This document shows, piece after piece, positions 9,802 through 19,897 of a stretch of DNA of 64,000 bases. The notes beneath the pieces are model-generated. The model made no database searches. It was given only the letters and a program-made list of their open reading frames with translations, and was not told where the DNA came from. The stretch spans positions 544,001 through 608,000 of the forward strand of contig CBDASK010000003.1 in NCBI GenBank assembly GCA_965199495.1, written 5' to 3'. Every line of letters starts with the position of its first letter. Position 1 is the first letter of the stretch. The position numbers were made by a program, and so were the translations under genes. This stretch comes from Abditibacterium sp. Lineage in GTDB: Bacteria > Armatimonadota > Abditibacteriia > Abditibacteriales > Abditibacteriaceae.

Positions 9802-10509
9802 ATGATCAATTCCGCCAAAAAATTCGACCCGGCGCGTGCGGGCGAGTATGAACAGCAAAGCCGCATTGCGTTAGCAGGCTATGAAGCGTGCCACGAACTG
9901 ACAGCCTGTATGCTGGCGGCGTCACTCGGAAGCGGTGGCACCGCGAAGATATTAGTTGTGGGCGCTGGCGGCACGGCACGAGAGATTCTTACCGCCGGAA
10001 GGTTGGAACTCGGTTGGCAATTCACAGCGGTCGATCCTTCGCAGCCCATGCTCGACTTGGCCGTTTCCAAATTGCAAGAGCATGGTCTCGACGCGCGCAC
10101 GCACGTTCATTTGGGCACTGTGGACGATCTTCCTCCCGACGAGCGTTTCGATGCAGCCACGTTGATCGGCGTGTTGCATCACTTGCCGGGCGACGAGGCA
10201 AAGCAGGCCATTTTACGTTCTATCGCAGCCAAGCTCAAACCCAATGCGCCGCTCATTTTGGCCTGTAATCATTACGCCTATGCCAGCCAGCCGCTTTTGC
10301 TAACGGCTTGGGGCGAGCGTTGGCGGATGAATGGCGCAGCTCCCGATGAAGTCAAAAGCAAACTCGCCAAGATTCTTCAGGGAGCCGACCCGCCGCATTC
10401 GGAAGAAGCTGTCGCCCTATTGCTCAAAAACGCGGGCTTTGAGCCGCCGCTGCGGTTCTTTTCCAGCCTGTTTTGGGGCGCGTGGCTGTCACTGCACGCG
10501 GCAACGTAA
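9802..10509 (+). CDS. Class I SAM-dependent methyltransferase
   Basis: ILVVGAGG, AVDPSQPML, FDAATLIGVLHHL, LKPNAPL. Confidence 0.88.
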   Translation: MINSAKKFDPARAGEYEQQSRIALAGYEACHELTACMLAASLGSGGTAKILVVGAGGTAREILTAGRLELGWQFTAVDPSQPMLDLAVSKLQEHGLDARTHVHLGTVDDLPPDERFDAATLIGVLHHLPGDEAKQAILRSIAAKLKPNAPLILACNHYAYASQPLLLTAWGERWRMNGAAPDEVKSKLAKILQGADPPHSEEAVALLLKNAGFEPPLRFFSSLFWGAWLSLHAAT

Positions 10510-10518
10510 ACAACGTTC

Positions 10519-11040
10519 TCAGATGTTTTTGACTACATCGGGGCCGGTAACGATTTCAGAACTTTCGCAGTCCCATCCCAACCAAAGATCGAGCTTGCCC
10601 ACGGCACGAACTTTAGTCAACTTGATGTCGGGATTTATGTTCGCGCCGAGAATTATTTTTGCGCCCAAGTGCCCGCAGAAATCCCGGAAGTTCGCAAAAT
10701 TCCTGTGCTTACTGCTACCGACTGGCTCTCCAAAGTTTTGCACCAGCATTAGAGCCCTTCCTATGACTCAGGCTACACCTGCGGGGCTAATGCCCTCTTC
10801 CAATCGGCGAAGTTCCTCGAAAGCGCGCCGATTGGAAGAGGGCGTTAGCCCCGCCGAGCATTGTAGCTCTCAAGTTAGGAAAGGCTATACCACCGAAGTC
10901 GCGTAGAAACGCCGCGCTTCTAATAGATAGAGCAGCGGCAGTGTGGTAAAACAGTTGGCAACGCAAATTGCTCAAGTCCGCGAAGTCGTCATGGGGCTTT
11001 AGACCAAGCGAGTCGCATAAACCCCGCAAAAGTGTCTGGC
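10519..11040 (-). pseudogene. Remnant of a DUF6946-like gene, interrupted by a MITE
   Basis: LRGLCDSLGL..LRCQLFYHTAAAL..EARRFYATSVV|MLVQNF..DLWLGW. Removing 10752-10887 plus one TA restores the frame at that junction. Family name from recalled motif. Confidence 0.6.
10752..10887. mobile_element. 136-bp MITE with IS630-like TA target duplication, carrying an internal REP-like hairpin
   Basis: Ends GAGCCCTTCCTA..TAGGAAAGGCTA, flanked by TA/TA. Inner 29-bp arms at 10781-10809 and 10826-10854. Confidence 0.75.
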
Positions 11041-11355
11041 GCTCTGTGACACGCCAAGCGCCAGACACGCCTGAGGCGCCGTAATGGCTGATGATGGCGC
11101 TGATTTAATCAGAGCTTCGATCATCTCGAACTTCCGATTGGGTTGTCTGCCGAGAAGAGTGAAATAGCCTTTTTTAAATGTTGCGCTGGCGCGCCAACGC
11201 TTCGATCTTGCGGCGCAAACGGCCCTTCTCTATAGCCAGTCCCAAGGCGTTGAGTTCATCGGGAGCGGTCAATAGGTCCGCGTTTTGACTTTCTAACTCT
11301 TTGCGCCAGCGATTCAGGCTCCAGTCACTCACGTTCAGCTCGGCAGCCACGCCTA
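11040..11355 (-). mobile_element. IS3-family transposase remnant (orfA/orfB junction)
   Basis: VAAELNVSDWSLNRWRKE..RLRRKIEALARQRNI, an A6G slippery run, then an orfB-like start FEMIEAL..ACLALGVSQS. Confidence 0.7.
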
Positions 11356-11457
11356 AGGAACTCTATGGAAGCCGCCTCTGCTCGAATAATTCGCCGAATT
11401 TTGGTCACAGATTTGGCACCTCAAAAATTGCCAGTAGAAATAGCCTTTAGCTGCGGA

Positions 11458-11978
11458 TTAACAACTGTTGATCAGCAGTGTGGTAGCAGCTATGGCAAGA
11501 AGCACCATCAAAGTATCTTCGGCACTCGATCCAGTAGTAATGCGCCATTTCTGCTTCAGCAGGTAAAACCTTTTGGTATCTGGATAAAACAGCCGAATCC
11601 CGCTTTTGGTCGCCGCATCACCAAGCAGGGAACTGGCGTAACCAAGAACCAAAGCCATAACTGGCGCCCAGCCAATCCAAAGTAATAAAGGCGCCGACAC
11701 GAACGTAATCATGCCTATCCCCCGGACTGAATGAAGCAATCCGCGATGTTGATCCGTGCGATGCACGACCTGAGCGGGTAACAAGAACGGTTTAAAGTTG
11801 GTGCCGAGGATTTTGAGATGCTTAATTTTAGACTCCGAGGCGTCGAGGTCAGGCAGCAACGCGCCTAAAACAGCACACGCAGCCAACGTCCCCATATCGG
11901 ATCCAACGTATTCTGCGGGAATGAGCGCAAAACCCAAAGCGAGTTGATACCCAAAAAAGAGTGTGTTGGCCAGGTCAT
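11458..11978 (-). pseudogene. YdjM/LexA-binding-type inner-membrane metal-dependent hydrolase, frameshifted near 11937
   Basis: AAGGAGG RBS, MTWPTH start, then GALLPDLD, HRGLLHS and GYASSLLGDAATKSG in a shifted frame. Confidence 0.75.
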
Positions 11979-12100
11979 ATCGCCTCCTTTCCGGCGACTC
12001 TCACGCTTGCGCTGAGAACTTGAGCGACCGCGCCGACTGCCAATTGGAACCGGTAAATCAATGGTTCGCAATTATGGGGGCGAGGCCAGAATAACCGAAC
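11975..12100 (-). repeat. Copy 1 of an orphan conserved gene tail (VRLFWPRPHNCEPLIYRFQLAVGAVAQVLSASVR..)
   Basis: Direct repeat of 16753-16854. Its TGA overlaps the ATG of the hydrolase gene. Confidence 0.8.
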
Positions 12101-12140
12101 AAAACCCGAACTTCTCGAATTGAGAAGTTCGGGTTTTGTT
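12098..12140. terminator. Terminator-like hairpin
   Basis: AACAAAACCCGAACTTCTC-GAATT-GAGAAGTTCGGGTTTTGTT. Confidence 0.7.
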
Positions 12141-12597
12141 TTTGGTCACATAAACTCAATTTGTTGATAGCAACCATTTAATAATTATTAAAATTCGCAT
12201 TCTAATTGTCATGCTTTAAATGATAGTTACTGCCATTGCGCGCGGTTTAGCTATCTGTCAAAATGGTTGATTGAAGTAAAAATTTATCGTTTAGAATTTC
12301 GCTGACCCGCAGTTCGCCCGACTGAAATCGGCGTTGCCCGATTTGAAAAATAACGGTCGAATTCGACGATTCAACCCGACAATTAAAGCCGAGGGCTTTA
12401 TAATCAAGCGTTTTTGTTATTGTCGTGAGCAATGAACTTCTGCGATTTCGTCTTTCTAATCTTTATTTTCCATTACTCTTTGCGTTGCGTTTTCGCATTT
12501 ACAAAAGGAGCCGGATGTAAGATACGCATACTTCGTTTACCTCTAATTAAGGTTGATGATTTTGCTCGCTGGCGCCACTTCAGGCTTTGATCACGCC

Positions 12598-15405
12598 ATG
12601 AATCTCTCTTCTTCTCACGATTCTTCCCGTTTTGGTTTAATAGCGGCCTGGCAATGGTGCCTGAAGATTTTATTGACGCGCACGATTTGGGTGCTGACGC
12701 TTTTGTTTTGCTTCAGCGCCGGTTTGGTGTTCTGGCATTTTTCTCGGCTTTCGTCGGAACTCATGCGTTTGTCGGCGCTGCAAAGTGCGCCCGAATACTC
12801 CAAAATTCTGACCGAAACGCGCGCTTTTTACACCTCCGACGTGGCGGGCCGCGCGCGCGGTCATGGCGTTGATGTCACTCCCAATTACAAGAAGAAAGCG
12901 GGTTCGATCCCGATTCCCACGACCTTCACGTTAGAACTTGGCGAACGATTGAGCGCCAATGAAAAAGGCGTCAAGGTGCGGCTTTATTCGCAGTATCCGT
13001 GGCCGCAACGCCGCAAGACGGGCGGGCCGCGCGACCAATACGAAACCGAAGCTCTGCGTTATTTAATAGGAAATCCCGACAAGGAATTCGTAAGTTTCGA
13101 GAATTATAAAGGCCGTCCCTCAATTCGCTACTCGACCGCCGACATCATGCGACCCGCTTGCGTTTCCTGCCATAACACGCGAGCCGACAGCCCCAAAAAA
13201 AATTGGAAAGTTGGCGATGTGCGCGGCGTGCTCGAAGTCGTGCGGCCTCTGGATAAAGTCGTCGCGCAGACCAACGACGGGTTGCGCGGCACTTTTATGC
13301 TGATGTTTTTGCTGGGCGCTATCAGTCTGGCTTCCATGTCGCTGGTGTTTGGCAACCTGCGGCGCAACGCGCGCGAACTCGAAGGCCGCGTTGCGGAGCG
13401 CACGCAGGATTTGAGTCATGCCAACGCCGAACTGGCGCTCGCCAAGGAAGCCGCCGAAGACGCCAACCGTTCCAAAAGCGCGTTTCTGGCGACGATGAGC
13501 CACGAAATTCGCACCCCGATGAACGCCGTCATCGGCATGAGCGGTTTGTTGCTCGATACGCCACTCAGCACCGACCAGCGCGAGTTTGCCGGTCTAATTC
13601 AGCACAGCGGCGATGCACTTTTAGGCATTATCAACGACGTTTTAGACTTTTCCAAAATCGAGGCCGGGCACATGGAACTCGAATCTCAGGCGCTCGATTT
13701 GTGCGACTGCATCGAATCGGCGTTCGATATGGTCGCCATGCGCGCGGGCGAAAAAGGTCTGGAATTGGTCTACGATTCCGGCCCGTGCACCGACGGCGGC
13801 TCGGATGTTCCGCAGGCCATCATGGGCGACGTAACGCGGTTGCGCCAGATTCTGATTAATCTGCTGGCCAACGCGGTCAAGTTCACTCCGGCGGGCGAAA
13901 TCGCGCTCACCGTAGCGGCGCGCAAATTGGCGGAGCGTGAATACGAATTGAATTTTGCCGTGCGCGATACCGGCATCGGCATCGCGCCCGACCGCATGAA
14001 CCGTTTGTTCAAATCGTTCAGCCAGGTTGATGCCTCGATTACGCGCCAATACGGAGGCAGCGGTTTGGGCCTCACCATTTCCAAAAGGTTGTGCGAAATG
14101 ATGGGCGGCACGATGTGGGCAGAAAGCGACGGCGAAGGCCGGGGTTCGACATTTCATTTTTCGATTCGAGCCGAAGCCGTCGAAGCGCCGCCACGCCGTC
14201 ACCGCCAAATCGGTGCGGCCTCATCATTGGAAGCCCGACGCGTTTTGATCGTGGATGATAACGCCGCCAACCGCCGCATTTTGTCGCTGCAAGTGCAATC
14301 GTGGGGCATGAGGGCGCGCGCGACCGCGTTGCCGAGCGAGGCGCTGCAATGGCTGCGCGCGGGCGACCCGTTCGACATCGCCATTCTCGACTTTCAAATG
14401 CCCGGCATGGACGGATTGATGCTCGCCCACGAAATTCGTCATCTGCGCGACGCCGAAACGTTGCCGCTGGTGATGTGCACCTCCATCGGACGGCGCCTGA
14501 CCGATGCCGACAGCTTCGATTGGGCCGCATTTTTGACCAAACCCATCAAAGCCTCGCAACTCTTCGACGCCCTGGTGAACGCGTTGGAAGAGGAAACGGA
14601 TTCGGCGCCGCTCGAAGTCGCGGCGCCCGAAACTTCGGCGCCGCGAGTTGCCACCGTGCCGCTGCAAATTTTGTTGGCCGAAGATAACGCGGTCAACCAA
14701 AAAGTCGCGCTGCGCCTGTTGGATCGGTTGGGCTACGGCGCCGATGTCGCGGGCAACGGCGTGGAGGCACTGCAAGCGTTGGAGCGGCAAACTTACGACG
14801 TGGTGTTGATGGACGTGCAGATGCCGGAAATGGACGGCTTGGAAGCCTCGCGCCGCATCTGCCAAACTTATGCGCGCAACCGGCGACCGCGCCTTATCGC
14901 CATGACTGCCAACGCCATGCAGGGCGACCGCGAGATGTGTCTGCAAGCGGGCATGGACGATTATCTGAGCAAACCGGTGCGCAGCGAAGAACTCGCCGCC
15001 GCACTGTCGCGTTGCCAGCCGCTCGCCGCCGCGCTGCAAACTCCGGCACAAACCGAGGCGGCGCCCGTGGCTACTTCCCAGGACGAAGAGGTTTTGGACG
15101 CCGAAATTCTAAGCCAATTTCGGGAAGCGATGGGCGAAGATTTCATGCCCGAACTGATCGAGGCTTACGTGCAGGATTCGCAAGCGCTAACCGAGGCGAT
15201 GCAAAACGCGCTCGCCGGTGGCGACGACGAAGCGCTACGCCGCGCCGCGCATACTTTGAAATCGAACAGCGCCAGCGTGGGCGCGACTCGACTGGCGGCG
15301 CTGTGCCGCGAACTGGAACAATCGGGCCTCACGGACGAAGCCGCAGACCGCGTGCAACACGTCGCCATCGAGCGCGATAAAGTGCGGCGGGCGCTGGAAA
15401 ACTAA
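12598..15405 (+). CDS. Hybrid sensor histidine kinase: TM, DUF3365/Tll0287-like haem domain, TM, HisKA, HATPase, REC, REC, Hpt
   Basis: CVSCH haem motif with [43 protein letters not shown]; two REC domains (ILDFQMP, LMDVQMP); AAHTLKSNS Hpt. Start could be 12553-12598. Confidence 0.92.
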   Translation: MNLSSSHDSSRFGLIAAWQWCLKILLTRTIWVLTLLFCFSAGLVFWHFSRLSSELMRLSALQSAPEYSKILTETRAFYTSDVAGRARGHGVDVTPNYKKKAGSIPIPTTFTLELGERLSANEKGVKVRLYSQYPWPQRRKTGGPRDQYETEALRYLIGNPDKEFVSFENYKGRPSIRYSTADIMRPACVSCHNTRADSPKKNWKVGDVRGVLEVVRPLDKVVAQTNDGLRGTFMLMFLLGAISLASMSLVFGNLRRNARELEGRVAERTQDLSHANAELALAKEAAEDANRSKSAFLATMSHEIRTPMNAVIGMSGLLLDTPLSTDQREFAGLIQHSGDALLGIINDVLDFSKIEAGHMELESQALDLCDCIESAFDMVAMRAGEKGLELVYDSGPCTDGGSDVPQAIMGDVTRLRQILINLLANAVKFTPAGEIALTVAARKLAEREYELNFAVRDTGIGIAPDRMNRLFKSFSQVDASITRQYGGSGLGLTISKRLCEMMGGTMWAESDGEGRGSTFHFSIRAEAVEAPPRRHRQIGAASSLEARRVLIVDDNAANRRILSLQVQSWGMRARATALPSEALQWLRAGDPFDIAILDFQMPGMDGLMLAHEIRHLRDAETLPLVMCTSIGRRLTDADSFDWAAFLTKPIKASQLFDALVNALEEETDSAPLEVAAPETSAPRVATVPLQILLAEDNAVNQKVALRLLDRLGYGADVAGNGVEALQALERQTYDVVLMDVQMPEMDGLEASRRICQTYARNRRPRLIAMTANAMQGDREMCLQAGMDDYLSKPVRSEELAAALSRCQPLAAALQTPAQTEAAPVATSQDEEVLDAEILSQFREAMGEDFMPELIEAYVQDSQALTEAMQNALAGGDDEALRRAAHTLKSNSASVGATRLAALCRELEQSGLTDEAADRVQHVAIERDKVRRALEN

Positions 15406-15408
15406 AAA

Positions 15409-16566
15409 ATGGCGGCTACAATCCCGCCCTTTTTACCTCTTATGAACACTCACCCCGGCACACTTTTGGTCGTGGACGATGACCGGATGCAACGCATGAT
15501 TTTATCGCGTTGCCTGAGTCAACAAGGCCACACCGTCGAGGCCGTCGAAAACGGTGCGCAGGCCTTATCGCGGCTGCTCGATCAGAAATTCGACGCGGTT
15601 TTACTCGACGTCAAAATGCCCGAAATGGACGGTTTTGAAGTGCTGGAACGCATTATGAACCACCAGACTTTAAAGCAAATTCCCGTTATCATGGTATCGG
15701 GCGTCGAAGAGATGGGCGGCGTGGTTGCGTGCATCGAGATGGGCGCAGCGGACTATTTGTATAAACCGTTCGATCCTTCGCTGCTACGCGCGCGCATCCA
15801 AAATTGTCTGGAAAAGAAGCGCTCCCACGACCAGGAAATCTCGCTGCGCGCTCAACTTCAGGACAAATATAATCAGTTGAGCGAACTGGAAAAGTTGCGC
15901 GACAGCCTGACCAGCATGATCGTCCATGACCTGCGCACGCCGCTGACTTCGCTGCTGACGGGACTGCAAACTGTCGAAATGGTTGGCGAACTCAACGACG
16001 ACCAGAAAGAAATTTTTCAGTTGTCCATAGACGGCGGCGAGCAGTTGTTGTCCATGATCAACGATTTACTCGACGTTTCCAAAATGGAAGACGGCTCGAT
16101 GACGCTCGACCGACAACCCGTCGAAATTCCCGAATTAGTGAGCGGCGCGTTGCGCCAAGTCGCTCCGTTGGCGCAGGAAAAACGCATCGCGCTCACGACT
16201 CAACTCGCGCCCGATTTGCCGTCGCTCGCCCTCGACGAAAACAAACTGACGCGCACCATTGTGAATCTGCTGGGCAACGCTCTCAAATTCACGCCCGTGG
16301 ATGGCGCGGTCACCGTCACGGCGAAACACGAGAACGATGAATGCGTTTTAAGCGTGCGCGATAACGGCGAAGGCATTCCACGCGAGGCGTTCGAGCGCGT
16401 TTTCGAGAAATTTGGCCAAGTGGAGACGCGCAAGGCGGGCCGCAAAATGTCCACCGGACTGGGCCTGACGTTTTGCAAACTCGTCGTCGAAGCCCACGAC
16501 GGACGCATCTGGGTCGAAAGCGAAATCGGTCAGGGCAGCACGTTCTCTTTCGCCCTGCCCTGTTGA
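15409..16566 (+). CDS. Response-regulator receiver / histidine kinase (REC-HisKA-HATPase)
   Basis: LLVVDDD..LLDVKMP..KPFD; IVHDLRTPLT; NLLGNALKFT; STGLGL. Confidence 0.92.
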   Translation: MAATIPPFLPLMNTHPGTLLVVDDDRMQRMILSRCLSQQGHTVEAVENGAQALSRLLDQKFDAVLLDVKMPEMDGFEVLERIMNHQTLKQIPVIMVSGVEEMGGVVACIEMGAADYLYKPFDPSLLRARIQNCLEKKRSHDQEISLRAQLQDKYNQLSELEKLRDSLTSMIVHDLRTPLTSLLTGLQTVEMVGELNDDQKEIFQLSIDGGEQLLSMINDLLDVSKMEDGSMTLDRQPVEIPELVSGALRQVAPLAQEKRIALTTQLAPDLPSLALDENKLTRTIVNLLGNALKFTPVDGAVTVTAKHENDECVLSVRDNGEGIPREAFERVFEKFGQVETRKAGRKMSTGLGLTFCKLVVEAHDGRIWVESEIGQGSTFSFALPC

Positions 16567-16752
16567 AGTTCATTCACAAAACATACGCTAAGTTTGAACC
16601 AATTTTCGTATTTTGAGAGCGTAAAGACCGAGGAACACGCTGCACCACCCGACCATCATCGAGAAATAGTAATAATTGGAAATCTGGTTGAGTTCCACAT
16701 CTCAGCTTTGCAGCGATTTTCTTGAAATATCGCTTTACAGAGAAACAGAGCC

Positions 16753-16854
16753 CTTTACACTCGCACTTAAAACTTGAGCAACCGCGCCAACGGCCAATTG
16801 GAGGCGGTAAATCAGTGGTTCGCAATTGCGAGGGCGCGGCCAGAATAACCGAAC
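16753..16854 (-). repeat. Copy 2 of the orphan conserved gene tail (VRLFWPRPRNCEPLIYRLQLAVGAVAQVLSASVK)
   Basis: Direct repeat of 11999-12100 with mostly synonymous differences. Confidence 0.8.
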
Positions 16855-16893
16855 AAAGACCAAACAGAAATTAATTTCTGTTTGGTCTTTTTT
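16855..16893. terminator. Terminator-like hairpin
   Basis: AAAGACCAAACAGAAAT-TA-ATTTCTGTTTGGTCTTT followed by a T run. Confidence 0.7.
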
Positions 16894-17215
16894 GTTTTGC
16901 CCAGCTCTGGCTGTATCACTAAGGGGTCTGAGCGTTTGCCACGAGTTCGCCGGAAGAAAAGATTTCGTTTCCTGATATTTTGCAACGACTTCCTGCACGG
17001 AATATAAGTTCTAAACGGAAATTTGTACCAGTCTCTCCCTGAATACTTTCTCCATAACAACAGATACAAATAACAATGTCAATATAATACTGCAAAATAA
17101 CTAAAATATCTCAAACAAACGGACTTTATTTTTGTATAATTATTTTTACGCGGTATTTTTACCGCGATTTTTGCTAAGTCAATACAATTAAAATCATTAA
17201 TTGTAAGGAGCGGAC

Positions 17216-17617
17216 ATCCTGAAATTTGAGCATTGGACGACTAAAGTCGGAGACGGGGCGCGCCTACTCTTGGGAGGCATTCGGTTATTGAACGGGGCTT
17301 TGTAACTGTTTTATCCGACGTTCATTCAGCGTCAGATGGGGCGAGATAAACCCGATCCCGCTACGGATTACGCGTTACGCCTGTTCGGTGTGCGGACGAT
17401 TCTCATCGCGTTGGATTTTCTTATTCCCAACAAATCGGAGCGCGACCATGCGATTCGTGTGGCGCCTTTGATCCACGCATCCGATACGGTTGCGGCCTAT
17501 CTTACGGCTCGTTCGGGCGTGTTGCCGCAGCGCGCGGGCACGATGTTGGTGGCGATTTCGGCTTTTAACACGTTGTTATCTTTGTTGATGCAATTGTCGC
17601 GCGACCGTCAAAATTGA
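17216..17617 (+). pseudogene. Small membrane protein gene upstream of the dioxygenases, with an in-frame TAA at 17303
   Basis: AAGGAG followed by ATC (possible lost start), then ARLLLGGIRLLNGAL*LFYP in frame with the hydrophobic ORF 17336-17617 (YALRLFGVRTILIA..IHASDT). Confidence 0.6.
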
Positions 17618-17689
17618 CGGAATCGGGCAGAGATGGAAACGGCTACTTTTCAGGCAACGCAGTGTTGCTGGAACCAAAAGGAGTTTCTC

Positions 17690-19576
17690 ATGGGAAAATC
17701 ATCGGTCGGGTCGTGGATAAAAATTGTGGGGGGAACGGTCGCCGTGGCTTATGTCGGGACGAAGCTGCTGTCGGAGTTGCTAAGGCCCAGCCGCAGGCCG
17801 GGCGAAACAACGCTGTTCGATCAAGTCACCTCAATTGTTGATCGCAAAGTCGGTTGGGACAAGTTGCCGCTCCCGTTGGGGTTGGCCGTTTTGGTGGGTT
17901 TGCGCCGCGTGTTAAGGCGTCAAAATTTATACGATTCCACGACGCCGCAAGCCACGCCCAACCGCCCCAAACCCGTGTGGGACGAGAAATATCAGAAGCA
18001 GCGCACCATTGACGGAACGTTTAACGATCTGTCGCAACCGATGATGGGCGCCGCAGAAACCCGTTTTGGGCGCAACGTGCCGTTGGAAAAGGCGCATCCT
18101 AAAAACGTGCTTGCGCCCTCGCCACGCCGGGTTTCGCTCGAACTGCTGACGCGTCACCAATTCATTCCGGCGACGACGATCAATTTGCTGACCGCCGCGT
18201 GGATTCAGTTCATGGTACGCGACTGGCTGAGTCATGGCGTCAGCGAAAAAAACGATCCGTGGGAAATTCGTCTGGACGCGGGCGATAACTGGCACGAAAA
18301 CCCGATGCGTATTTTGCGCACGCCTTCCGATCCGACGCGTTCGCCCGCAGAAGACGCCGCCGGATTGCCGCCGACTCACATCAACACCGAAACGCACTGG
18401 TGGGATGGTTCGCAAATTTACGGCAGCACGCCCGAAGCACAAAAACTGGTGCGCACCAACGAACGCGGCAAATTGCACGTCGGGCGCGATAATCTCGTTG
18501 TTGTTGATAACGAGTTTTTCACACAAGCGGCAAGCATGGCGGGTTGGTGGGTCGGGATGTCAATGTTGTTCACGCTGTTCACCCTCGAACACAACTTCAT
18601 TTGCGACCGATTGCACGCGGCCTATCCCGATTGGACGGACGAAGATTTGTTCCAGCACGCGCGGCTCATCAACGCGGCGATGCTGGCCAAAATTCACACC
18701 GTCGAGTGGACGCCCGCCATTATTTCGCATCCCACGACGGCTCAGGCGCTGCGTGTCAACTGGTTCGGACTGGCGGGCGAAAAGTTGTATAAATTGTTCG
18801 GGCGCATCAGTTCAAGCGAGGTTATCAGCGGCATTCCCGGTTCGGAAACGCAGCACTTCGATATTCCCTATTCGCTGACCGAAGAATTCGTCGCGGTTTA
18901 TCGTCTGCACCCGCTGATTCCCGATGATTTAGAAATACGCTCCGCGCGCGACAATGCGTTGTTAGAGCCGCTCATCTTTCCTCAGGTGACGGGCAGCCAC
19001 GCCTTCGACTTGGTGCAACGCCAAACGATGACCGATCTGTTTTATTCGTTTGGGCGCATGAATTCGGGCGCCGTGCGGCTGCACAATTATCCGAAGTTTT
19101 TGCAGACCTTCGAGCGGCCCGACGGCGTTGTGATCGATCTCGCCTCGCACGATATTTTGCGAATGCGCGAACTCGGCGTGCCGCGTTATAACGAGTTCCG
19201 GCGACTGCTTCATCTCAAGGCGCCCGCGACATTCGAGGAACTCACCGATGTGCCCGCATGGGCCGCCGAGATGCGCCGCGTTTACGAAGACGATATCGAA
19301 GCCGTTGATGTGATGGTCGGAATGTTCGCCGAGCCTTTGCCGCAGGGATTTGGCTTTAGCGACACGGCCTTTCGCATTTTCATTCTCATGGCGTCGCGCC
19401 GCTTAAACAGCGACCGCTTCTTCACCGAATCGTTTACGCCGGAAGTTTATTCGCCCGTGGGCATGGATTACATTCGTGATAACGATATGAAATCCATTCT
19501 GTTACGCCATTATCCCGACCTCGCCGCGTCGCTGCAAGGCGTCAAAAATCCGTTCGCCCCTTGGACGCAAGTCTGA
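17690..19576 (+). CDS. Haem peroxidase-cyclooxygenase superfamily protein, fatty-acid alpha-dioxygenase-like
   Basis: NLLTAAWIQFMVRDW, THWWDGSQIYG, AKIHTVEWTP, PYSLTEEFVAVYRLH (catalytic Tyr and proximal His), GVPRYNEFRR, ILMASRRLNSDRFFT. Confidence 0.88.
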   Translation: MGKSSVGSWIKIVGGTVAVAYVGTKLLSELLRPSRRPGETTLFDQVTSIVDRKVGWDKLPLPLGLAVLVGLRRVLRRQNLYDSTTPQATPNRPKPVWDEKYQKQRTIDGTFNDLSQPMMGAAETRFGRNVPLEKAHPKNVLAPSPRRVSLELLTRHQFIPATTINLLTAAWIQFMVRDWLSHGVSEKNDPWEIRLDAGDNWHENPMRILRTPSDPTRSPAEDAAGLPPTHINTETHWWDGSQIYGSTPEAQKLVRTNERGKLHVGRDNLVVVDNEFFTQAASMAGWWVGMSMLFTLFTLEHNFICDRLHAAYPDWTDEDLFQHARLINAAMLAKIHTVEWTPAIISHPTTAQALRVNWFGLAGEKLYKLFGRISSSEVISGIPGSETQHFDIPYSLTEEFVAVYRLHPLIPDDLEIRSARDNALLEPLIFPQVTGSHAFDLVQRQTMTDLFYSFGRMNSGAVRLHNYPKFLQTFERPDGVVIDLASHDILRMRELGVPRYNEFRRLLHLKAPATFEELTDVPAWAAEMRRVYEDDIEAVDVMVGMFAEPLPQGFGFSDTAFRIFILMASRRLNSDRFFTESFTPEVYSPVGMDYIRDNDMKSILLRHYPDLAASLQGVKNPFAPWTQV

Positions 19577-19897
19577 GTAGTAACTTTCTGTTTCTCGAAT
19601 TGAAAATTGGAGATGGCTATGAAATCAATTCAAAACCGCTATTTGCGCGGTGAACTCGCCCCAGTGCAGGGCGGCGTGGCTGGTGTTGGCGCTGGGGCGC
19701 TGGCGATAGATGCGGGTTTGCGAGGGTTGACATTTCACGGCGGCGCGACCGAGAACCACGAAACGCGCGGGGATTATTTCGGGCGCCATTATGCCGAAGA
19801 AGAACACTAAAAACGCGACACCAAGTTAAGGCGACCGATTCGATTTTCGCCGACGCGCAACGACATCCCCAAACGGGGGCAGGAGTCTGCTAATAAC

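Noticed and set aside
12061..12090. GGTTCG..GCCA resembling a tRNA 3' end (also 16816-16842)
   Set aside because: No cloverleaf or acceptor stem can be built. The pattern of differences between copies fits protein coding on the opposite strand.
19607..19810. Short ORF between the dioxygenases; NRYLRGELAPV resembles a carotenoid-oxygenase N-terminus
   Set aside because: Similarity covers about 11 residues only, too little to call.
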